Part shown: piece after piece, positions 28,401 through 40,100 of the stretch
Position numbering within the stretch: the first letter of the stretch is position 1
How the letters are laid out: each line of letters opens with the position of its first letter
DNA from: Phoronis australis
Taxonomy: Eukaryota > Animalia > Phoronida
Assembly (NCBI GenBank): GCA_002633005.1
Contig: NMRA01000150.1
Location: 338,152-402,151, forward strand
Direction: 5' to 3'
Length of the DNA stretch: 64,000 nucleotides
The notes under the pieces: generated by a model
The model's database searches: none
Seen by the model: only the letters and a program-made list of their open reading frames with translations
What the model was told of the DNA's origin: nothing
Made by a program: the position numbers and the translations under genes

Positions 28401-31400
28401 ACAATTCATGTCACTACAGAACACAACACACTGATAGCACAATTCTTGTCACTACAGAACACACCTCACTCATAGCGCAGTTCTTGTCACTACAGAACAA
28501 AACACACTGATAGTACAATTCACGTCACTACAATTATTAATGTGTTCTCTTTCCTCCATCCTGTTTTTCATTGTTTCAGGCCTCAGTAAATGACGTTGTA
28601 AGTTGCTTGCATGTCAACATTTCCTTATTCTGCTACAGTTCTACTTGGATGGGCACTTGTGTTTGTCTGTTGATCCTCTAGGGGGCGTGCTGTTGACATG
28701 GGCCTATGACCAGCAGCTCTTCATACGCATCAGTCTCAAACTACTAGTAGTCTCTCACCAGGTGGAGCTTTCAAATTGCAATGTGCAATCATCCTGTCAA
28801 AAAGTTACACATATGTTGCTGTTTTTCCAAAATGGCTGCTTGAAAATGACTTAACATGTCGGTGGAATGCAAAATGAATGGGACATTACATCTTTTTATT
28901 TAAAAATGGCTTCCGTAAGTGATACTGCCTGCTTGGTGTGTAGGAGACTATAGAGATGTCTTCTGACATCATGGAAATGAATGTTTCATGAAAACTACTT
29001 TCTGCTCTAAAGTTGGTCTCTTCTTGTGTGTATTACTCATATGAGAAATTATGTCTGGAATCGTATTGAATTTGAATCTAGAAAAGTTATGGACAGGCCA
29101 TTGTTATGTCACTACAGAAACTGTACTAAGTCGAAGCTATCTGAGTTTGGCTGGATCCATCTATTGGGGATGTGTATGTAGTCCTGCTCATAGTCAGAGG
29201 CACCGGGAGGGCCATCTTGTGTTGGCTGAGGTAGTCACTATGTTGTTATCTCCCCTGTCTGTAGCAAGTATGGACCTATGTTAGAGGCTTGTGCTATTTT
29301 GTGCTGTTATGTCCGTCTTTGTTCCAACTGTTGGGTTTAGTTGTTGAATGTTACAACCTCATGTCAAAGACACTACTAACAAAGCTTAGACACAGCTAGA
29401 ATGGTTTTTCAATTTTGGTGGAATGGTTAAAATCTGCCAAACTTAATATTATTATGAGCAGTTAATGCCATAACATGATGCTGAACGTGGACCTTATTTT
29501 GTATTGCGTCCATCACAAACAGGTGTAATGTGTAATTAATGTACAGTAGTGCTGACCAGTTATGAATGAGATGTTTGCATGATAATGCTACTGTTTAGCA
29601 CAGTTGTGCTGTCTTACTGTCTCTTGGCAATACTGATTCCCTCATTTGTTGTGTTCAATGGTATTTGTCCACCTTGTGATATATGGCTATCTAGTCTATC
29701 CCTTTCTTCACAAGTGCGGGCACATTTCACCATTCTTCAAAATATTGTATCCACGGTGATTGTATTTGACTGGTCTCATGACAGTTTCTTTTCTTTCTGT
29801 CTCCAGTTTTGTTCCTAAATGGAGCTGACATTCTGTAGGTTAATTATGCTTTTTGGCACAGCTTCCAACTGATATAGCTGCAGTTGGAGATTGCATCTGC
29901 AAGGGCCACGCTACACATTTTGCCACTTACAGATTTCTTGCTCCATTTTAAGATACCATCTCTGGCATGATAACCGTGGTTCACAACTTTTTTACACGGG
30001 TTGCTTTTTTGTTTCAATTTTGACTACTAATCTGTTGGCATGACAACTGCAACTGTTGTTTGATGACAAGGCAGCTACAGGGCAGGGTATTACACTTGAG
30101 CATCCTGTGGCTCCACCTGGTGGTATACACTTAACAGTGAACATGAACACTAGGATCAGGAAGACTGATTGTTATCAGTACCTGTATGTACCGAGTCTTC
30201 TATTGTTCATATTGAGCAGGTGCCATTTTTCTCTCCACACATTTAATTTTTGCTTTGAAACTCTTTCTCTCACTTTCAAGACTTAACTTTTGAATTGTGT
30301 CTGTCTACTGAACATACATGTTTATTTCAAAACATATTCATGTTGGCCCATTTTTCATTTTTATAAGATTTCTTGATTGAGCACCACCTATTGGTCATCC
30401 ATTGAAGTGCATATCCACCTGTTAGGTGTAGTTGTAATGAAGACTGTAAGCAGTAATACAGCAGCTGTGTTGTTACTCTGGTCTGACACATGTGTTCTAT
30501 AGCAGCTGAATATAACACCTAATATGGCCCTATCTAGTATGTCCAAATAAAAATGAAACTCATTGTTATTACTATCAACGTGTATGACTGTATCTTGTGT
30601 TCTTCAGTTTATTGACATGTCCACAAGCAGGACAAGTCACCTTGCATATTGACATCATTAAATGTTGGAATTTAAAAACTACTAATGCGCTAATTAGTTA
30701 CACCTTTCTCGTTTAGTGTTTTATTTCTACTTGGTACTGTTGACCGCTAATGGCATGATTATTCTCTTGGTTTTTGTCCTTTGAAATTGTCGCCGTGAAA
30801 ATACTTAACTATTGCTTTAAGAATGAATAACTGTTTAAAGTCATGCATGTGATTTATTAAGTTACATTAAACATTTAAAAGTTATGCTGGTAAGCTCCAG
30901 TTTCACAAAACAGTCGGCCATCTTAGTTTTCAGAGTCGTGTTTGTGAGCCCTTGTGCCGTTATAAATGAACAATTTATCTTTTAGGTGGTTATATCATCC
31001 TTTTTATCTTTTACGTGACTTTCATTTTTTATCAGAACCCATGTGAAGTGTTTGAAAGTAAAAGTTGTAACAATCTGGGTTGTTGTCATAATAGTTGTTC
31101 ACCGTATAATCTTATCATTTTATTGTTGTAGGTGAAAGTGGCTCAAAAGATGTAAATAGTCAACTGGCTGCAGCCACACTCATCTGTCATTTGTCATCCA
31201 TTGGTAGTCTAGAACATTTACAACGAATCATCACAACTCATCCCAACATACCTATCAACCAACCAATCAACGGTCAGACAGCTGTTCACTGCGCGTCTAA
31301 GACGGGACATACCCACTGCCTACAACTACTGTTACAGTACGGAGCTGAGGCGGACACAGTCTCTCATGAAGGATTCACTGCATTACAATATGCAGCTCAA

Positions 31401-34400
31401 GCTGGACATGCTGAGTATGGGGCTGTCATTACGGGCTGTTAAGCCAGTCAGTGTATAGTGGAGTGTAGGACATGCTCAGTATGGGGCCATCATTACCTGC
31501 TGTTAAGCTAGTCAGTGTATAGTGGAGTGCAGGACATGCTGAGTTTGGGACTATCATTTTTTGCTGTTTAGCCAGTCGGTGCATACTCAAGTCTTCTACA
31601 CTTGAGTCTGGTTTTTGATTTCATTAGTAGCAAAAGTGAATATGAATTATTTTCAATTTTCAATTATGTGGTTTCCGTCTTGTCAAGAAAATCAATTATT
31701 CCACCAAATCGGGCATTTGATAGTCATGGCCAGAAGGGTGATTATGGTGAAAGAGTTGTTATCAAGTGTTTATTGTAAATGACTACAGCCCACATAGTTC
31801 ACACGTGATCACAGTTTAGAATGATCATGAAGCAACGTATTTGTAAACGTGTTGCATTTCTCTTACAAATGATTGTTTTTTGAAATATTCACCCATGTGG
31901 TCAGTGTGGTCAGTACACTGTGATAATGTAATCATTCATGTGAAGACATTAAAAGACTAATGATCTGATGTATGTAATTAGTGAATTATTATGACACGTC
32001 TATTCTTTGCCAGATGTGTCCAGGTGTTACTACATCATGGCTGTGATGTCCAGAACACAGACATGAGTGGTCGAACTGCGCTGTACTTGGCTGGACAAGC
32101 AGGACATAGTGAGGTGTGTAAGGTGCTTCTACAGCATGGCAGCCGACTTGACATTAAGACACAGGTGAGAGGTGTAGAGTGCAGGTGGGAGTAGTCAGTG
32201 TGTCTGCTGACTGATTGACATGTGATCTGTTGCAGCCTGCCAATGGCTGACCAATAAATGAAAGGAGGCAGGGTTGTTTTTGTGTTGGGTTACTGATTAA
32301 CAAGTGATCCGTTGTCTGCCAATAGCTGAGCAGTGAATGAGTGGAGGCAGGATTGCCTGTGTGTTAGGTCACTGGCTCATCATCATTAAAGGTCAAATGT
32401 AGTGTGGTTCATCATCGTAACCTTGTCCATGTGTTGTATTCTCCGTGTTCTTCATTACTTGAACAGTTTTACTTTATTGCTGCCTGTGTCAACAATACTT
32501 ACCTGTGCTTGTTTCCCCGCAGGCTGGCTGGACCCCTGTGCATGCCACTGTTCAAGCGGGTCACATCCAGTGTACCCAACTACTGTTGACTTACACACCT
32601 GCACACTTACACACATCCTTGGCTGCTGCTTCTGCTGTGGCCAAGATGGCTGACAAAGATGGCTGGACTATAGCACACCTAGCTGCCATTAGAGACAGTG
32701 AGGTGACATATTCTGCTCGTTCTTGTCATGAGGAACAGAACAGTTAACGTAATGTAATAAATACCCCCTCTTGTACACAAATCTTCGCCATCAGATTTTA
32801 AACCAACTCTGTACAAATAAGACTATGTATATTTCTGGGTTCCATTTAAATGATGATAATATTATATTAAGATCCCTTTTGGAACTGAAAAGCCATACCG
32901 TGTGGTTGTCATAATACAGCCATTTCATCCATATCTCACTGACTTGTTTCACCACCAGGTGCGCCCTCTTTGGATGTGGAATGAAACAATGAAAACTTTT
33001 GAGAATCCCCCATGTCTGTATTTATTGTTTTATTCCACAACGAAAGAGGGCGGACCTCGTGGTGAACTAGGTGCGTGAGATATGGACGAAACGGCTGTAC
33101 ATCGACGACCTCAAGGTGCAGCTTTTCAATTCGAAAAAGGGATTTTTATTTAATAGTATATTTGTACAAATGATGATGAGAATGCAAACTATAGTGTTTT
33201 GTTTGTAGCTGGAAATGATTTCGACTTGGAACAAATCTTCCAGGCCTCCTTCTTTTGTGTGACTTAAAACAACTGGCTTAAATTTTGTTTATTCTGACCT
33301 CATAATAATTCTATGTTTATAGCCTCAGTATCGTTCTCACTGTTCATAGTTCTTACTCCCTTCACCCAGGACTGCCTCAGACTCGTCTTGGACCTCTGTG
33401 ACCCAGATCTGCAACTGGAAGACAAGTGGGGCAGGAATGTCCAACAGGTGGCGTCTTTACGCTGCAGACAGCTCATTGAAAGTAGAGGTAATGTAGTGTC
33501 TGTAGTGTTCAGTTATTGATGACATGTCTCACTTACAGTAGTGTCTAGTGTTCAGTTATTGATGACATGTCTCACTTACAGTAGTGTCTAGTGTTCAGTC
33601 ATTGATGACATGTCTCACGTACAGTAGTGTCTGTAGTGTTCAGTTATTGATGACATGTCTCACTTACAGTAGTGTCTGTAGTGTTCAGTTATTGATGACA
33701 TGTCTCACTTACAGTAGTGTCTGTAGTGTTCAGTTATTGATGACATGTCTCACTTACAGTAGTGTTTAGTGTTCAGTCATTGATGACATGTCTCACGTAC
33801 AGTAGTGTCTGTAGTGTTCAGTTTTTGATGACATGTCTCACTACAACCGAGCCGAACATGGTGTGAGCTAGAGGAGCTTGAGTGGTTGAACTCATTTATT
33901 TAACTGTTTGTAGTTGCTAGGCGGTAGTTTTATCCATTATTTGAGTTGTGCATGTTTGTGTATTACAATTACCATTGAATGTGTCAGTGAAGAGCTGACG
34001 TTTATTTGGCAGTTAAAAATGTTGTTGTGCTCTTCAGCTGTTGTAAATTATGTAACTGTATGAAATGGTCCAACAGGTGTAGAGAAGGATGGTGCAAGTA
34101 CTTCTGATGGCATGACTGAAATGAGATTCACATTAACTGAGCAAACTCTGTAAGGTCATCTACGGCAGACCTGTGTTCATGTGCGAGCTTGTTTTGCAGA
34201 AAACAAGAGTGAGAAAAACTGCGCAGTCGTTATTGATGTTGAACCGCAGGTGGCACTGAGCTGCAAGAATGCCGAGTCGTCATACAATGTTGGCCGACTG
34301 GTTGTCTCTGATACCACAACATGGGCAGAGCTGGAGGAGAGCCTGGATCACATGATCACTAGTCACTTGGAGGATATTGGGCGGGGCTTAGAGATGATGG

Positions 34401-37064
34401 ATAGTACCAAAGCTGATGGCCAGGGCTACTCTCTTGGACTGTCATTGGACAGTGTCAAGCATTATTCTATTGGTGAGTGGGTCTAATGCGACAGGGTTCT
34501 TGTGAGTTGTGTTTGTATTTATTGGCACATAATTTTAGTTAATGCAAGTTTTGTGTGAAATTCTAATCACTGAGTGACTGCAAACATCTTCATCTCCTCA
34601 TGTGTGCCCTTCGTAAGCTCTGTGGAGACTTACCTGACATTTACAACCATCCCAAAAGGTCCAAGTGTTCATAGTATCTAATAGACAGCTAATTGCAATG
34701 TGTGCAGTTGCTTGCCTGCTCTACTCTCATCTCAATGTTATATTTACTACATAACCTGTTCAGTGAACCTGGTCAGCGAACCTGTTCAGCGAACTTGTTT
34801 AGCGAACTTGTTCAGCGAACCTGTTCAGCGAACCTGTTCAGTGCTGACTGCCATTATGTTTGACTGATATCTTCAATTCCCATTTGTAGTGTCTTCTTTT
34901 AGCTGTAATTGACTGATGCTCTTTTTTTGGTTTTTACAAACCTTTTTTATCTGTTTTGTTGGATGAAGAGGGATTCCTAATGTTAACAGTTTACACACTT
35001 GAACACATTGCAGTATGGTGCAGTGCAGTGCTATATGGTGTCACCGCATGACATGTTGTTTGTCACTCCTCTTTTTTGTCTCTTACTATAGGTAGTGTCT
35101 GTTGGAAGCCTAAACAAAGTAAGAGACCCCCACCCCGTCGCGCGCTGTACACCACCTGTTGTGTGTCTCTTGCTTGCTATTGATGCTTTATTACACAGCC
35201 ATGTTGTTCCAGTCAGTCTTGCCCTCTTCACAAAATCTCATAGTAGGCTCAAACTTTGGCTACAAAATTGTCCAATGGTTTTGTTCATTTCAAGTCAAAT
35301 CAGTTGTGTCTTCCATCCTTTACTTTTGTCTGTGAAGATTCATAGGCTTGTAAACTCTGTGTCTGGACATAACCATTATGGCGTCAACCGGCGCATTAAA
35401 TGTTTTAAAGGAATTATTGTCACGAAAATTGAGAAGTTGCATGGTTGTCCAGCTATGATTGGTGCTAATCAGTCAAAGGGGCGTATGCCTGGTGCTTGTT
35501 CCCCTCTGTGTATACTGTTATGCATGCTGACAACCTGTCAATCAACAGTTAATATGAGGAGTCAAACTAATGGTGAATATTACAGTGAACATACTGTGGC
35601 AATATGCAGCTGTACACCGATTCACTAACAGTCTCGCACTCTTTAATATTGCTTTTCAACGTGTTCAATGACTGAATATGCTTACACTCTTTAGTGGTTA
35701 TGGGATCTACTATTGTGTCTACAGTGTTACTAGTATTTGTTGTCTATACCAAGTATGCATCGAGTGCACTGTCCTCAACTTTGTAATAAAAATTACTAAG
35801 TAAGTACAAACTAAAAGTTGAATATTATAAGTTGATAGTGTTTATGAATGCGGGTCCATTACAATTCAATAAGCTTAATTATTATTGTAATATTGTGTAG
35901 CACTGTTTTTTTAATTTTAAGCTCCTTATAATTCATTAATGTATACACATATGTCATGACGGACTGCATTGTGACCACATGACTGCCTCGTGACCTCATG
36001 GCTGCTTTTTTGTATAACAATACCTTTTGCACCAACAGGTCTTCACACCTGGTCGCCAGGGACACCGTCCAGTCATAGTCCATTCGAGATATTGGCCAAT
36101 AATGACCAGAGACAGATCCACGTCACATTATTTGGTGAGTAGAACCAGGAACATCTGTCTGTGAACTTATCCGGTACATGGCTAGCTGTGGTTCAGGTAG
36201 CCTGGTACATAGCTAGCTGTAGCTTAAGTAGTCTGGTACATAGCTAGCTGTGGTTCAAATAACCTGCTGCTTAGCTAGGTGTAGTTTAAGTAGCCTGGTG
36301 CATAGCTAGCTATGGTTCAAATAGCCTGGTGCATAACTAGCTGTGATTCAAGTAACCTGGTGCCTAGCTAGGTGTGTTTCAAGTAGCCTGGTACATAGCT
36401 AGCTGTGGTTTAAGTAGCCTGGTGCATAGCTAGCTGTGGTTTAAGAAGACTGGTAAATAGCTAGCTATGGTTCAGGTAGCCTGGTGCATTGCTGGCTGTG
36501 GTTCATGTAGTCTGTTGCATGCATAGCTACGGTTCAAGTAGCCTGCTGCATAGCTAGGTGTAGTTTAAGTAGCCTGGTGCATAGCAAGCTATGGTTCAAG
36601 TAGCCTGGTGCATGGCTAGCTGTGGTTCAAGTAGCCTGGTACATGCCTAGCTGCTGTATTCCTTGTGCTGCGGCTGAAAAGGATTCTTCCGGTCGGCCCA
36701 TTTTATCAAAAACAAGGTTCATTAATTTTGTAAAGATATTGCTTCCACATGGCATCTTTTTACTGGATATCACTTGGTGTTTGTGAGCACACTTTGGCAT
36801 GCAGCATTGATATTACTTGATGTGTGAGCACACTTTGTTTAGTTGTTGGTTGATTTCCATGTTATATTACTTGATGTGTGAGCACACTTTGTTTAGTTGT
36901 TGGTTGATTTCCATGTTATATTTTCAGGATGGGATGATCAGTGTCAGGACTCACTAGCTTATGAAACTCTGATATCCTCCAACACTCTACAAGGCTACAT
37001 CAGAGTGGTGAGTCTGCTTTTGTCTGTTTGTTTTTATTAATGATACATGGGTGTGTGTGTTCAG

Positions 37065-37106
<42 letters not shown>

Positions 37107-40100
37107 GTGTGTGTGTGTGTGTTCAGTAGTGTGTGTGTGNGTGTCCAGTAGTGTGTGGTGAAACACTAGCAGCCGATATCACAAAGGTGGTTTAACAAAA
37201 CCAGCTTTAAGACTTAAACCTGGTCTTCCTAAACCTGGTCTAATTTTAGACCTAACTTCCATTTCACCAACATGGTTTAAAATTCTGAAAGCCTAGTTTT
37301 GTTAGACCAGGAAGAGGGTTTAGTAAAACTAGGTTTAAAGTATCCAAGCCACCCTACTGTGTCGATCTGGATTAATCCAACACTGAAACTATTGAAGTGC
37401 TTCAGTGAAACCTTGATCATGTGGGTATACAATGGCACACACTAGTAGAATGAGTGCAAACATTTGCGAAAAGGTCTAAAAGCTATTCTCATGAGGAAAA
37501 ATCTGTGCCCACCGCACATTAAAGTACATGCTCACGATTAGCTGCAACATGATAAATGCCCTAATTTATTTCTGTGTCATTTTAGTGTTTATTTTTTGCG
37601 GCCAAATTGGGGGCAAGACCCCTTCCCGGCAATATTAAATCGGGGACCAGTGGAGGTGGAACTCGGTCAGAAGAATCAGAAGATGCTGTCTTCAGTCAAA
37701 CCTGTAGCGCTTATGATGATGACGCCCTGCTCGAGCAGTCGTATTCTGAGGAGTCCAAAGGACACCCTCCAGCACGTACTGTTCTACGCATAGGCGGATC
37801 CAAGGGGTCCGGACCCCCTTTTTCCCTTGATTTTAGTGATATCAAATCTATAATTTTCAAAATTGTTGACTTGTTTCCCCCTTTTAAAAAATCCTTGACT
37901 GANNNNNNNNNNNNNNNNNNNNNNNNNNNNNNNNNNNNNNNNNNNNNNNNNNNNNNNNNNNNNNNNNNNNNNCCTTAAATAATCCTGAATCTGCCCCTGC
38001 TACGTATGATCTCGTAAAACTGAATGTTAAAAATATTTCATTCTTCCTCTAAAACTGTCATAAATGCACATCGCAGCATCATTCAGTTGCACTTATATCA
38101 TGCAAGTCTGACATATTTTATAACAGTATTGTATTAAACCTGGTTCTGACCAAGTCTAAAAAACCTTTTTTTAAGGTCTTAATGCAGGTCTAAGGAATAT
38201 AGACCTTGTTGGTGAAATGAAAACTGACTTAGACCAGGTCTAAACTGGAGTTAAACCAGGTTTTACTAGACCAATGGTCTAAAAGTAAAATCACCTGTAT
38301 GAAATGCAGATTATCTTTAAACCTGGTCCAAGTCCAGTTTAAACCAGGTTTAACTAATTTACTTTAAACCACCTTTATGAAATCAGCTGTAGCAGTTTCC
38401 ATCACTATCTGTTGTTTGTACTTGTGTATGGAGCATTGAATTACGGGAGTACACAGTGTGTGAACACCCACAAGGCACACTATCTGTTGAATAAACCAAG
38501 CTGTCTCATCGCTAGTGTCATCACTAGTGTCTCATCTCCACTGTCCCATCGCTAGTGTCCCATAGCTACTGTCTCATCGCTACTGTCTCATCACTACTGC
38601 CTCATCGCTAGTGTCCCATCGCTACTGTCGCATCGCTACTGTCGCATCGCTATTGTCTCATCGCTAGTGTCTCATCGCTAGTGTCTCATCTCCACTGTCT
38701 CATCGCTAGTGTCCCAGACCTAGTGCCTCATCACTGTCATCTCATCTCTATAGTATCTGGTAGACCTTATGTGTTATATATCTTGATACATTTCTCTGTC
38801 AACAGATTGAACAGTTCAAGTCAGTCATACTGTATGGTCACAGTGGCACCTGTAAGACATACCTGTCACAGGTACTAGCCTCATGTGTACAGGTACGTGA
38901 GAAGGCCTGTGGTAACTCTGCCTTGGTACATGTGGTCCCACTCACACCAGACATGACTCATCAACAGCTAGCAACTATACTGCGTGATAAAGGTGGGTGA
39001 GTTGTGTGCTCATGTGGGTGTGGGGAAGGATAGCTTGGGGCTGCTTTGTAATATCCTCCTTTTTCATTCTAATACAGTTGGTGGTTCTAGTGACTCAGTC
39101 CCAGAGCTTTGATTGAATTCATGTTGTGTATACACTTGAAATGTAGTCATTGTGAATGGAACAAATCTCATATAAACACTAACACCATTATAGACAGTAT
39201 ACCCACAGTCAGAGCTAAATAGTTCTTCCTGGCTTGATTTTAATTAATACTCTTTTTGATGTATTGTTGTCATACCAAAACATATATTCTTATTTTCATC
39301 AAGGGTATCTTCATCAGTGCTAAGTTCTTTGTTCCCTGAGAAACAACCCCCTTTATACATGAGACTCCTCAACACATTCACCCCTTAGCAACCACGTTCA
39401 TACTCTTAAGATTGAACACTGACAGTCTGCTGGTCAACACACACCTTCACAAATGAAAGTTGCCAAGGTGAATCACTCTTCTATAGTGAAGTGCCATTGG
39501 TGTACTGGCAACTCAATTTGGCAGTTATATCTTATTGTCACAAGCTATTCTTATTCAAATGTTGTGTGCATTGCAAGGACTATTAGTATAAAAGTCTCTT
39601 GACAAGATACAAGTGACACGTATTGAAATCTTGGGTAACTTTTATGGGCTGTTTTACAAAAATGCCTCGTGTTTTGCGAGTTAATTTTGGCATAAAGTTG
39701 GAACTAAGTTAATAATCAAAAATTCCGAACAGTGTTTTTTCATTAATTGTATTTTCCTGAAATCGGCTAATAGGTTTCTATTGAGATGACAATAGCCTCC
39801 TCCAATTTTCGGACAGATATGTTTTCTGTGCCACCTGTTGGCCATTTAAAAATGTTTGTGTATGTTTTGGACATCTGCCTGTCTATCTGCGAAACCACTC
39901 GAAGGATCATTATGAAAATTGACAGTTGTGTTCCTGATGCAAAGACCCCGGCTGATGTTGAGTTTTGGATGTTTTCGACAATTTTGGCTCCCCTTAGGGA
40001 CAATTTTGTTTGTTTACATTCACTTCTGTATCTCCTTAACCTTTTGAAGGTTCTTTGCAAAATGTGCTTTATAGAGATGGCAACAGACGTCGATGAGTTT

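Noticed and set aside
27491-28532. 38-bp repeat array as a CRISPR array
   Set aside because: Units are head-to-tail with no unique spacers, in a eukaryotic intron, with no cas genes.
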